Notes: generated by a model not told the origin, from the sequence alone. Counted from the stretch's first letter, positions 45,560 through 53,767 are shown. The stretch: 64,000 nt of DNA from an uncultured Bacteroidales bacterium (GCA_900317745.1 ONHW01000010.1:911-64910); one strand, 5' to 3'. Program-made: numbers and translations.

Positions 45560-45691
45560 ATGAAGATACCGGTATTATTTAAGGAATACATTTGGCTCAT
45601 CGAGACAATCAACCGTTTTGGCAAAATCACATTGGCCGAGCTGAGCGAGCGGTGGAAGCAAACCGAGGATAGTGGCGGCATGGAGGATTAA
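45560..45691 (+). pseudogene. 43-codon N-terminal fragment of a putative DNA-binding protein
   Basis: MKIPVLFKEYIWLIETINRFGKITLAELSERWKQTEDSGG resembles the conserved N-terminus of a Bacteroidales protein family of ~250-300 aa (recalled). Here it stops after 43 codons. Confidence 0.35.
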
Positions 45692-45923
45692 GGCTCGAGC
45701 ACTCCACCATGTCATGGTGGCCCCGCTCGCGACAGTCAATAATTTCTGCATAAAATTGATGCAAACGTGCGCGACCAACAAAAACGATTCCACAAAGTTC
45801 CTCTACGAGGCACTCTGCCAAGTTGTCGCCTGTGACCAAGCGGCGCACCTCTGCGAGGTCGCTTGCATGGCCTTCTAAAACGAAGTCGGGGTCTCCGACC
45901 CGCCCGAGCTCTTTCGGGGTCAT
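45627..45923 (-). pseudogene. Unassigned 98-codon ORF, possibly a gene remnant
   Basis: ATG-initiated ORF (MTPKELGRVGDPDFVLEGH...) 30 nt downstream of the terminator at 45955-45991. It overlaps the opposite-strand fragment at 45560-45691. No family recognised. Confidence 0.2.
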
Positions 45924-45954
45924 CTTGTGTGTTCCGCTTTTGATCGAAGGGTAT

Positions 45955-45991
45955 TAAAAAGAAAAGGTCTCGACATTCGCATGTCAAGACC
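45955..45991 (-). terminator. Rho-independent terminator (minus strand)
   Basis: The minus strand reads GGTCTTGACAT-GCGA-ATGTCGAGACC (11-bp stem with one G-U pair) followed by TTTTCTTTTT. Confidence 0.7.
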
Positions 45992-46128
45992 CCCAATACT
46001 AATAATTACTAATACTTGAAAACTATATCTCCATTCAGTGCCTTACGTCCTCGGGGACGGGGGCGCAGTTGCGACTGCTTTGGAATAACTGCCCCGTTTC
46101 CCAACGGGTTCGCTACTTTCGTTGTCTG
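45955..46128 (-). ncRNA. Candidate ~175-nt structured RNA (sRNA or cis-leader), family unknown
   Basis: Bounded by a -7 box (46136-46143) and the intrinsic terminator. It contains three short hairpins with 4-nt loops: CCCGUU-GGGA-AACGGG, GCAGU-CGCA-ACUGC and CGUCC-CCGA-GGACG. Confidence 0.35.
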
Positions 46129-46135
46129 TACACTG

Positions 46136-46143
46136 CAAAATTA
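46136..46143 (-). promoter_or_regulatory. -7 box TAATTTTG for the candidate RNA
   Basis: The minus strand reads TTCTTGTTTTTATGAAAATGATGTAATTTTGCAGTGTAC. Confidence 0.4.
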
Positions 46144-46323
46144 CATCATTTTCATAAAAACAAGAATAGTTTTTGTCTAAAAAAATGTGATAGAACCAGT
46201 TTTTATGCATTTTTTAACCATTTTTGACCTGAAAAGGCGTAAAAAATGCCATTCAATGGGTTGCTTGTGAGGCGCAGGCCAAAAAAAAATGAAAATCTCC
46301 ATGAACAATTATCAATTATTTCG

Positions 46324-46331
46324 TACCTTTG
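46324..46331 (+). promoter_or_regulatory. -7 box TACCTTTG for the tRNA gene
   Basis: TTATTTCGTACCTTTGCAGCGC lies 45 nt upstream of the tRNA 5' end. Confidence 0.45.
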
Positions 46332-46375
46332 CAGCGCTTTTGGATGCCGGCCGCTCGAGGCCGCGCCCGTAAAGC

Positions 46376-46449
46376 GGTCCTATAGCTCAGTTGGTCAGAG
46401 CACCTGACTCATAATCAGGGAGTCCTTGGTTCAAGCCCAAGTGGGACCA
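46376..46449 (+). tRNA. tRNA with anticodon CAT, probably tRNA-Ile2 (lysidine) rather than elongator or initiator Met
   Basis: Hand-folded cloverleaf: acceptor GGTCCTA/TGGGACC, D arm GCTC-AGTTGGTCA-GAGC, anticodon arm CCTGA-CTCATAA-TCAGG, T arm CTTGG-TTCAAGC-CCAAG, discriminator A, no encoded CCA. It has C4-G69 and C5-G68 (recalled TilS determinants) and lacks the three G-C pairs of initiator anticodon stems. Confidence 0.9.
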
Positions 46450-46456
46450 CAAAACC

Positions 46457-46496
46457 AATCGCTAACCACCCAGCTGTGGGTGATTAGCGATTTTTT
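46457..46496 (+). terminator. Hairpin + T6 after the tRNA
   Basis: AATCGCTAACCACCCA-GCTG-TGGGTGATTAGCGATT (one mismatch) overlapping and extended by a TTTTTT tract (46491-46496; its first two T are the last two stem bases). Confidence 0.75.
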
Positions 46497-46580
46497 CTGC
46501 CCAAAAAGTTCACTAATTTGGGCGTTGCTCCTTTTTTGGAGTACCGCGTCGCGGCCTCCCTGGGGTGTGGTCATGGCTTA

Positions 46581-46901
46581 TTATTGGGGTCCTCTCGCTT
46601 GATTGCACCGGGGGCGGCCGTTTTCTCTCCATTTGCGCCAATATATAGAGGCGCAAAGTCGCGGCTCATGCTCGACTAATCCAGCAACCCAGGCGGGCAA
46701 CGGGGTCGGCTCTTCTAAACTGGGGTGCCCGGCGGTTGTTACGTCATGGCCTATAAAATCGTTGTGGGTAATGTAGTATTCTATTCCTGGCTGCATCTCA
46801 TCGGCAGCCCTGGTTAAGTCGGTTTTGTCGAGGCGGTGGCGGTTGATGAACTTTCGCCAGGCGGCGCGGTTCGCCTCGGCGATGGTGCGGGCGACTTTAG
46901 A
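46581..46901 (-). pseudogene. Open frame without a proper start, possible gene remnant
   Basis: The minus frame is open from 46901 (SKVARTIAEANRAAWRKFINRHRLDKTDLTRAADEMQPGIEYYITHNDFIGHD...). It abuts the stop of the ATPase gene. No family recognised. Confidence 0.25.
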
Positions 46902-48072
46902 TTATGGCACCTTGCCACAGGTCTCGAAGGAATTCTGTGGCCGGGATGACGTCTACGCCATTCATCTTGCGGCGGTACTTGTCAAGTGACACGATGATCA
47001 GGCGGGCATCAGGGAAGTCCTCGCTGAACGCCTTCAGGTCATGCGTGTGACGAGACTTGGCTTCATCAGTTGCTTTGATTTCGATAGCCACTCGACCCTC
47101 ACCGATGATGGCATCAACCTCATATCCTCCTGATGTGCGCCAATAAGTGAGGCGTTCATCAATGTGGTTATAGCCCAAATAGGCTATGATTTCTTGGATG
47201 ATGAAATGCTCGAATGCGTGCCCAAAGTCATCGCTACCTGGACGTAGTGAGTTGCGGTGAGTGAGATAATTAGCAAGCCCCACATCAAACAAATAGAACT
47301 TGGGGGCTGCAATCGCCCGGCGTTTACGGGATGACGTGAAACCGGGAATGAGGTAACCCAACAAAGTGTCTTCAAGAATGGTAAAATATTCTTTCACCGT
47401 TCGATAATCAATGCCACAGTCTTGGGCAATATTCTTATAGACCAACATTTCGCCGTCACACTGGGCCGCCACCTCCATGAACCGCGAGAATGACTGGAGG
47501 TTGCGAGTCAGGGCTTCCTGGCGTATTTCTTCGTTCAGATAAATGCCGACGTAACCACGCAGACGTTCTTTAGGATTATCCACCATGTAATGGCGCGGAA
47601 TCATGCCGTTGTTCACGGCGCGAATGAGATCAAAATCGGGGATCTCGGCACTAACAAGAGGAAACATCTGCTCACGAGTAGCCCGACCTCCCAATAAGTT
47701 TGTGCCCAACTTTTTCAATTTCCTGGCACTTGACCCGCTCAAGATGAATCGAATGTTTTTTCTCTGTATCAGCGAGTGCACCTCGTCGAGTAATTGTGGC
47801 AGTTTCTGGATTTCGTCAATGATGACAGTATCATTCTCGCCGAAGTCCTCCAATTCCTCAGACAAAATCTCCGGGCGACGCAACAGCCTCTCAAACTCCG
47901 ATGGCCGAAGCAGGTCATAAGTGCGACAAGCAGGGTACTTTGCATTCAGCCATGTGGTCTTTCCCACCTGGCGTGCACCCCACAAGAACACACTGTCGTT
48001 ATACTCGTTATCAACGTTAATAATCCTGTTATACATACACCTTATTGTAGTTTTATCCTGATATTTCAACAT
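46897..48072 (-). CDS. AAA+ ATPase (AAA_14 type) with C-terminal DUF4143 / PD-(D/E)xK-like domain
   Basis: Walker A LWGARQVGKTTWL and Walker B VIIDEIQ. The C-terminus is WRTSGGYEVDAIIGEGRVAIEIKATDE. An alternative start is MYNRI at 48036. A -7 box TAATTTTG sits at 48083-48090. Confidence 0.8.
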   Translation of the reverse strand: MLKYQDKTTIRCMYNRIINVDNEYNDSVFLWGARQVGKTTWLNAKYPACRTYDLLRPSEFERLLRRPEILSEELEDFGENDTVIIDEIQKLPQLLDEVHSLIQRKNIRFILSGSSARKLKKLGTNLLGGRATREQMFPLVSAEIPDFDLIRAVNNGMIPRHYMVDNPKERLRGYVGIYLNEEIRQEALTRNLQSFSRFMEVAAQCDGEMLVYKNIAQDCGIDYRTVKEYFTILEDTLLGYLIPGFTSSRKRRAIAAPKFYLFDVGLANYLTHRNSLRPGSDDFGHAFEHFIIQEIIAYLGYNHIDERLTYWRTSGGYEVDAIIGEGRVAIEIKATDEAKSRHTHDLKAFSEDFPDARLIIVSLDKYRRKMNGVDVIPATEFLRDLWQGAII

Positions 48073-48134
48073 TATGATGTCGCAAAATTAGACAATAATT
48101 ACCTAATAACAAAATCTATCACATGTTTTTTCAG

Positions 48135-49682
48135 TTATAGGTTGGTGCCGAGGTAGTTGCTGCGGTCGAGGGTGCGGTAGGCGATGGCTTCCATGATGTG
48201 GTGCTGCATGACGCGGTCGCTGGCCTCGAGGTCGGCGATGGTGCGGGCCACCTTGAGGATGCGGTCGTAGGCGCGTGCGCTCATATTCATGCGTTCCATG
48301 GCGTCGTGCAGGCGTTTCAGGCCGGCCTCGTCGGGCTCGGCATAGCGGTGTAGCAGAGCGGGTGTCATCTGGGCGTTGCAGTAGACGCCCTTGATGCCCT
48401 GGAAGCGCCGGGCCTGGATGTCGCGTGCGGCGATGACCCTGCGGCGGATGGCCTCGCTGGGCTCGCCGGGTGCCTGTGCCGATATTTGCTCAAACTCCAC
48501 GGGCTGCACATCCACATGGAGGTCGATGCGGTCGAGCAGCGGCCCGGAGATTTTGTTCATGTACTGGCTTCGCTGGTGCTCGGTGCACACGCAGTGTTTC
48601 TTGGGGTGCCCGTAGTAACCGCAGGGGCAGGGGTTCATGGATGCCACGAGCATGAACGACGCGGGATATTCGGTGGCGTACTTTGCGCGGCTGATGCTGA
48701 TGGTGCGGTCCTCCATGGGTTGGCGCATCACCTCGAGCACCGAGCGCGGAAACTCCGGCAACTCGTCGAGGAAGAGCACTCCGTTGTGAGCCAGGCTGAT
48801 TTCCCCGGGCGTGGGATAGGTGCCGCCTCCCACCAGGGCAACGCTCGATATGGTGTGGTGCGGTGAGCGGAACGGCCTGACGGTCATCAGCGTGGTGCCC
48901 ATAGGCAGCTTGCCTGCCACGGAGTGGATTTTGGTGGTTTCGAGGGCTTCTTGCAGGGTGAGCGGCGGCAAGATGGACGGCAGGCGCTTGGCCATCATCG
49001 ACTTGCCGCTTCCGGGACTCCCCACGAGCAGGATGTTGTGCCCTCCTGCGCATGCCACCTCGAGGGCGCGTTTCACATTTTCCTGTCCTTTGACATCGGC
49101 AAAATCATAGGTAAACACCCCTTGTGCACGGGCAAATTCGGCGCGGGTATCGACCACGGTGGGCTCAAGCTCGGCCTCGCCGTTGAGGAACGCGATGACT
49201 TGCTTGAGCGAGTCGACGCCGTAGATATTCAGGTTGTTGACCACCGCGGCCTCCAGTGCATTTCGGCGTGGCACGATGAATCCGTCGAGCTGCAGCTCGC
49301 GTGCCAAGATGGCCATGGGCAAGGCCCCCTTGATGGGCCTGACCGAGCCGTCGAGCGACAGCTCGCCCATGATCATGTAGCGTTGCAGCTTGTCGGCATT
49401 GATTTTCTCATCGGCGGCAAGGATGCCGATGGCCAGCGGCAGGTCGTAGGCCGACCCTTCTTTTTTGATGTCGGCCGGCGACATGTTGATGACCGTCTGT
49501 TTGTTGGGGAATCCTATCCCGGCCTGGTCGATGGCGCATCGCACGCGCTCTGCGCTCTCCTTGACGGCGGTGTCGGGCAGTCCCACAAGGATAAATCCCG
49601 CGCCCCAGTCGACCGAGACCTCAATCTCGACCTTGATGGCGTCGATGCCTTGAACAGCGGCTCCGAAAGTGCGTACGAGCAT
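48135..49682 (-). CDS. YifB/ComM family Mg-chelatase-like AAA ATPase
   Basis: N-terminal Lon-protease-like domain, Walker A VGSPGSGKSMMAKRL, LFLDELPEF, and a C-terminal Mg_chelatase_C-like tail. Confidence 0.9.
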   Translation of the reverse strand: MLVRTFGAAVQGIDAIKVEIEVSVDWGAGFILVGLPDTAVKESAERVRCAIDQAGIGFPNKQTVINMSPADIKKEGSAYDLPLAIGILAADEKINADKLQRYMIMGELSLDGSVRPIKGALPMAILARELQLDGFIVPRRNALEAAVVNNLNIYGVDSLKQVIAFLNGEAELEPTVVDTRAEFARAQGVFTYDFADVKGQENVKRALEVACAGGHNILLVGSPGSGKSMMAKRLPSILPPLTLQEALETTKIHSVAGKLPMGTTLMTVRPFRSPHHTISSVALVGGGTYPTPGEISLAHNGVLFLDELPEFPRSVLEVMRQPMEDRTISISRAKYATEYPASFMLVASMNPCPCGYYGHPKKHCVCTEHQRSQYMNKISGPLLDRIDLHVDVQPVEFEQISAQAPGEPSEAIRRRVIAARDIQARRFQGIKGVYCNAQMTPALLHRYAEPDEAGLKRLHDAMERMNMSARAYDRILKVARTIADLEASDRVMQHHIMEAIAYRTLDRSNYLGTNL

Positions 49683-49697
49683 AGCGGTGTGCGAGTG

Positions 49698-50198
49698 TCA
49701 GGATTGTGCAAAACCGTGTTTGAACGCCGCCATTTTGATGGCTGCCTCGGCGGCTTCGGTGCCCTTGTTGCAAAGCACTCCGCCGGCTCTGTCGAGCGCT
49801 TGTTGCTCGTTGTCGGTGGTGAGAACGCAGAAAATCACGGGCACTTCGCCGGTGGCGTTGAGCATGGCGCATCCGTTGGTGGCATGCTCGCAGACGTAGT
49901 CGAAATGCGGCGTGCCGCCGCGAATCACACAGCCAATCATGATGATGGCGTCGAACAATCCGCTGCGAGCCATCTGTGCGGCGCCGTAGGTAAGTTCGAC
50001 AGTGCCCGGCACGTGGACCACGGTTGCAGCGTCGTCGGGATAGCCGTTGTCCTTGAGGCATTGGCGCGCTCCGGCCAGCAATGCCTCGGTAATCCGGGCG
50101 TTCCACTCGGCCACTACGATGCCCACCTTCAGCCCATCGACCACAGGCAGTGTGGCGGCTTGGTGGTGCGTTTCATTGTTTTTCAGTTCGGTCGACAT
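49698..50198 (-). CDS. ribH: 6,7-dimethyl-8-ribityllumazine synthase
   Basis: VGIVVAEWNARITEALL, VPGTVELTY, and GCVIRGGTPHFDYV (cf. canonical GxVIRGxTxHFxYV). Confidence 0.9.
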   Translation of the reverse strand: MSTELKNNETHHQAATLPVVDGLKVGIVVAEWNARITEALLAGARQCLKDNGYPDDAATVVHVPGTVELTYGAAQMARSGLFDAIIMIGCVIRGGTPHFDYVCEHATNGCAMLNATGEVPVIFCVLTTDNEQQALDRAGGVLCNKGTEAAEAAIKMAAFKHGFAQS

Positions 50199-50237
50199 GA
50201 CAATCGATAAATTATGTGTGATAGAGACAAATGGGGT

Positions 50238-52025
50238 TTATTTCAGTTCTTTGGGGAAGATGGCGTTGGTGGTGATGAAATCCACGCCCCAGTCTTGCAG
50301 CCGCTTGAACACGTCGGGGTTGTCGACGGTCCACACATTCACCTTCAGCCCGGCCTTGTGAAGCCGCTTCACGGCATCCTGCGTGAGCATGGAGTGCAGC
50401 ACGTCGAGGTCGATGTGCCGCTTGATGCACCAGTCTACCCACTCGTTGATGTCGCCGTCGCCGGCGAGCACTTGCACCTGCACTTGCGGGTAGTTTTGGT
50501 GGATGTATTCAATCACGGCGCTCATGAACGAGATAATCACCACCCGGTCGAGGCAGTTTTTCTGTTTGAGCAGGTTGATGAGAGCCGGAACGCCGTCGAA
50601 GGTGTTGCCGTCGGGAGATTTGGTGCTGCTGTGGATATTGGTCGACCACTTGATTTCGACCACGGGCACCACATTTTGCTCGTTGCACACATCGAGGTAG
50701 TCGGCCAGTGTCATCAGTTGCCCGGCGTAGGTGATGCCGCGGCGCGTCTGAGTGAGCGGGATGTTGACAGCCTGCATGGTGGTGAGTTGTGCCAGGTCGG
50801 TCTCGTTGCCGCCCACGCGCTTGGTGTTGCTGTCGTGGCAGATGATAAACGTGCCGTCGGCTGTGGTGTGGATGTCACATTCCAGCCCCCAGGCGCCTGC
50901 CTGCGCGCCATTGATGAAAGCTGCCCGCGTGTTTTCCACTCCCCACACCGATCCCCGGTGTCCCACGATGAGTTGTGCTTGCGCCGAAAGCGTGGCGCAC
51001 AGCACCACGATGATTGTAAAAATGGTTTTGAGAAGGTTCATTATCTTGAAATTTTTGTTTTTATTGTTCAGCAGATTTTGGATTTCCTTTTGCTCGGCCG
51101 TGGCGTTGAGCCGCCGTGCCAGTGGCAGCAGCGATGTGAGCAGTTGCTCGGCGGCTGCCCGGCGGTTGATGAGTCGCATCAGTGCTTTGGCCAGCCCGAT
51201 GGAAATGGTCAACTCGCGGTGTCCCATGTCGCCACTGAGTTTCTTTTGATATCGCAGCGCCTTGGTGTAGTATTTGACGGCATTGCGGCTGTTGCCCACT
51301 TCGAGCATGATGTCGCCCTCTTTTTTGAGCGTGTCGACCAGTGCGGCGAGTGCTTGCCGCGATGCGTTCTCGTCGTCGCTGGTGAGCTGTGAGGTGTAGA
51401 GGGCGGTTGCCGTCTGGTAGTGGGCCAGCACATTCATTTGCTTGGTGCGCGAGGTGATGATTTGTGTGGAAGCCTCAATGGCCTTGAGCAGCATGGGTGT
51501 GTATCGAGCCTCGTCCTTCTTGGCCAGCCGCTCCAGCAGTTGCTGTGCCTTGGTGAGTTCCTTTGCCGCGCGGCTGTCCTCGCCGGTGTTGTGATGGACA
51601 ATGGCCAGGTTGTAGAGCAGCGATGCCAGCAGTGCCAGCACGTCGTCGGTCTTCTTGCCTGTGATGCCGGCGAGCTGGTAGAGGGCGTTTTCGGCCGAAC
51701 TGAGCGCCAGCACATAGTCGCCGCTGTCGATGAGCAGCGTCATGTGTGCCAGCCACAGCCAGGCTGCGTAGAGCGGTGGCGTGGCCGTTGCCACGTCGTC
51801 GTCGTTGTCGTTGTAGAGCAGGCCGTCGATGAGCATCGATGCCTCGGCGCTGCGGCGGTCGCGCATCAGGTGCAGCACATAGCACATCTCGATGTCGAGC
51901 ACCACATCGCACGCCAGTCCGGCTGCCGGCGGCATTTTCCCTGTCTGTTCAATTTGCGCGTGAGCAATGGTCATGTCGTTGCGCAGACGGGGGAAAGCGG
52001 TGACTACCTGCACGGCTGCATTCAT
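50238..52025 (-). CDS. Single open frame joining a TPR-like helical protein (N-terminal ~328 aa) to a signal-peptide-bearing glycerophosphodiester phosphodiesterase (C-terminal 267 aa)
   Basis: No stop codon lies between ...EIQNLLNNKNKNFKI and MNLLKTIFTIIVVLCATLSAQAQ (internal ATG at 51041). GDPD motifs IVGHRGS, GLECDIH and ICHD. The start at 52025 overlaps the upstream stop (ATGA). GDPD may also be translated on its own from 51041. Confidence 0.6.
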   Translation of the reverse strand: MNAAVQVVTAFPRLRNDMTIAHAQIEQTGKMPPAAGLACDVVLDIEMCYVLHLMRDRRSAEASMLIDGLLYNDNDDDVATATPPLYAAWLWLAHMTLLIDSGDYVLALSSAENALYQLAGITGKKTDDVLALLASLLYNLAIVHHNTGEDSRAAKELTKAQQLLERLAKKDEARYTPMLLKAIEASTQIITSRTKQMNVLAHYQTATALYTSQLTSDDENASRQALAALVDTLKKEGDIMLEVGNSRNAVKYYTKALRYQKKLSGDMGHRELTISIGLAKALMRLINRRAAAEQLLTSLLPLARRLNATAEQKEIQNLLNNKNKNFKIMNLLKTIFTIIVVLCATLSAQAQLIVGHRGSVWGVENTRAAFINGAQAGAWGLECDIHTTADGTFIICHDSNTKRVGGNETDLAQLTTMQAVNIPLTQTRRGITYAGQLMTLADYLDVCNEQNVVPVVEIKWSTNIHSSTKSPDGNTFDGVPALINLLKQKNCLDRVVIISFMSAVIEYIHQNYPQVQVQVLAGDGDINEWVDWCIKRHIDLDVLHSMLTQDAVKRLHKAGLKVNVWTVDNPDVFKRLQDWGVDFITTNAIFPKELK

Positions 52026-52942
52026 TGTCGGGGCTGAGTGAGGGTGTTGTTGAACGTGGGATTCTGTGTCACGCACTGGTGGGCCAGTTGCTGTGCTTTC
52101 AGCACGAGGGCTTGCCAGGCATCGTCGTCCATGTGGGGCAGGGACTGGTGCGTAACATCGGTTGCAAGCAATTGTTCCACCACCCCCGCCACAAAAGCGG
52201 CCTGCCACAGCAGCATGTGCTGTGTGGGCTTGCCGGCGGCCGGCAGATGGGTGCGGTGTGCTTGCGCCAGCCGTGTCACCGCCAGGTCGGGGTGGATGTG
52301 CAGGCAGTTGCCTCCATAGTACTCGATATGGTTATGGAATGCCTCTTCGCCCGTCTCTCCCGGGAAGATGTCGGTGAGGTCGCTGTCGTGCGCTATCACC
52401 ACATGAGCCAGTTCCAAATTCTCGAGGATGGCCGGCATCACCCTTGTGATGCGGAAGTCGATGCCGTGCTGGAATCCGGGCAGATAGACGATGATGGCCT
52501 TGCGCTCAGCGGCATGTTTCACCAGTTCAAAGAGTCGTTCACGTTGCGGCAAGTCGATGGCATAGAGCGAGCCGAAAATGAGCACATCGTCCTCGTCGAT
52601 TCGGGGCCACACCACATCGAATCGCTCCTTGGGATAGCGGCCATAGTTGACGATGCGCCGGGCTGCGGAGTCGTCGTCTTGAAAAATGGCCGACAGAGCC
52701 GTGGCACCATCGGTGAACCTGTCGACCGAGCGCACGTCCACATGGTTGCGTTCCAAAAAGTCCACTATCAGGTCGCCCACTCTGTCGGTGCAGCACTCGC
52801 TCACCATGCTGCATGGCCAGCCGCGGCTGGCCAGCTGGGCGGTTGCACAGGCGATGCGCCCTCCCACCATGGCCTTGACGGGTTGTCCGGCACTGAAGAC
52901 GGTGTCGAGTACCGATTCACCGATTGCTATGATTTTTCGCAT
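52022..52942 (-). CDS. PfkB/ribokinase-family carbohydrate kinase-like protein (degenerate C-terminal motif)
   Basis: N-terminal IIAIGESVLD....GGRIACATAQLA resembles the PfkB GG motif. The expected DTxGAGD region reads PTQHMLLWQAAFVAG. Confidence 0.65.
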   Translation of the reverse strand: MRKIIAIGESVLDTVFSAGQPVKAMVGGRIACATAQLASRGWPCSMVSECCTDRVGDLIVDFLERNHVDVRSVDRFTDGATALSAIFQDDDSAARRIVNYGRYPKERFDVVWPRIDEDDVLIFGSLYAIDLPQRERLFELVKHAAERKAIIVYLPGFQHGIDFRITRVMPAILENLELAHVVIAHDSDLTDIFPGETGEEAFHNHIEYYGGNCLHIHPDLAVTRLAQAHRTHLPAAGKPTQHMLLWQAAFVAGVVEQLLATDVTHQSLPHMDDDAWQALVLKAQQLAHQCVTQNPTFNNTLTQPRQ

Positions 52943-52980
52943 ATTGTTGTTTCGTGATTCGTTTTGAATGTGTGTTTTCG

Positions 52981-53580
52981 TTACATGCGGCTCTTTTGCC
53001 CCAGGTATCCGCCATGATGGCGCAAGGCATAGTCTTTTTTATCAAACCCGGTGAGATTCATGGTGTTCACCACCAGCACATCGCCCATCACCGTCATGGT
53101 GGTGGTGCTGGTGGTGGGGGTGAGGCCCAGCGGACAAACTTCGGGAGCCCCTCCCGTCCACAGGCAGATGTTGGCGCGGTGTGCCAGCGGGCTGTCGGCA
53201 TTACCGGTGATGACAATAAATTGCAGGTCGGTGTAGAGAGCTTGCGCCAGTTCCACAAGAGCCAGAATCTCGCTGGTGCGCCCCGAGTTGCTCAGCAGCA
53301 GCATCACATCGTTCTGCTGGAGCACGCCCAGGTCGCCGTGCTGTGCCTCGCTGGGGTGGAGAAACACGGCCGGAATACCGGTCGACGAGAACGTTGTGGC
53401 AATGTTTTCGGCTATCTGCCCGCACTTGCCCATGCCGCTTGTCACCAGTTTGCCGCCACGGTTTTTCACTTGTTCCACAATGAGTTTCACCGCCTGCTCA
53501 TAGCCGTCGGTTACAGGAATATTTGCGATGGCTCGGCTCTCGGCGGCCAGAATGTCTCGCATTGATTGTTTGATGTCCAT
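52981..53580 (-). CDS. SIS-domain sugar-phosphate isomerase (KpsF/GutQ-like, no CBS pair), probably arabinose-5-phosphate isomerase
   Basis: The start MDIKQS at 53580 is preferred over the TTG at 53610. TSGMGKCGQIAENIA, HGDLG, LSNSGRTSE and CPLGLTPTTSTT. A -7 box TAAATTTG lies on the minus strand at 53615-53622. Confidence 0.8.
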   Translation of the reverse strand: MDIKQSMRDILAAESRAIANIPVTDGYEQAVKLIVEQVKNRGGKLVTSGMGKCGQIAENIATTFSSTGIPAVFLHPSEAQHGDLGVLQQNDVMLLLSNSGRTSEILALVELAQALYTDLQFIVITGNADSPLAHRANICLWTGGAPEVCPLGLTPTTSTTTMTVMGDVLVVNTMNLTGFDKKDYALRHHGGYLGQKSRM

Positions 53581-53728
53581 TGTCACAGTGTGCGTAAAGT
53601 CTTTTACCAAACTGCAAATTTACTGAAAAACCCCGATATTTCACCCCCATGCAGGGAAAAAAGTTAAAAATCCCGACCGCAAGTCAATTTCTGCCACGAA
53701 ATTGGGTGGCACGAGGGGAATTATTGTT

Positions 53729-53736
53729 TAATTTTG
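53729..53736 (+). promoter_or_regulatory. -7 box TAATTTTG for the LTA-synthase-family gene
   Basis: TTGTTTAATTTTGCGTTCC lies 32 nt upstream of the ATG at 53768. Confidence 0.4.
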
Positions 53737-53767
53737 CGTTCCGAACCATAACAACGACGGCACAGTG

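Noticed and set aside
46450-48135. A defined genomic island integrated at the tRNA 3' end.
   Set aside because: No integrase gene is present and I found no direct repeat of the tRNA 3' half by eye, so the boundaries cannot be defined. It is reported only as a degenerate accessory patch.
48924-50210. A 428-aa plus-strand ORF, and many similar long ORFs (44318..45514 -, 50214..51392 +, 52025..52957 +, 58801..59811 +, 59565..60437 +, 61128..61910 +, 62346..63203 +, 40197..41474 -, 23725..24873 -, 3155..4024 -).
   Set aside because: Each lies antisense to or out of frame with a gene that has clear family motifs. Their translations are low-complexity (Arg/Gly/His/Val-rich) with no motifs. They are typical shadow ORFs of G+C-rich coding DNA.
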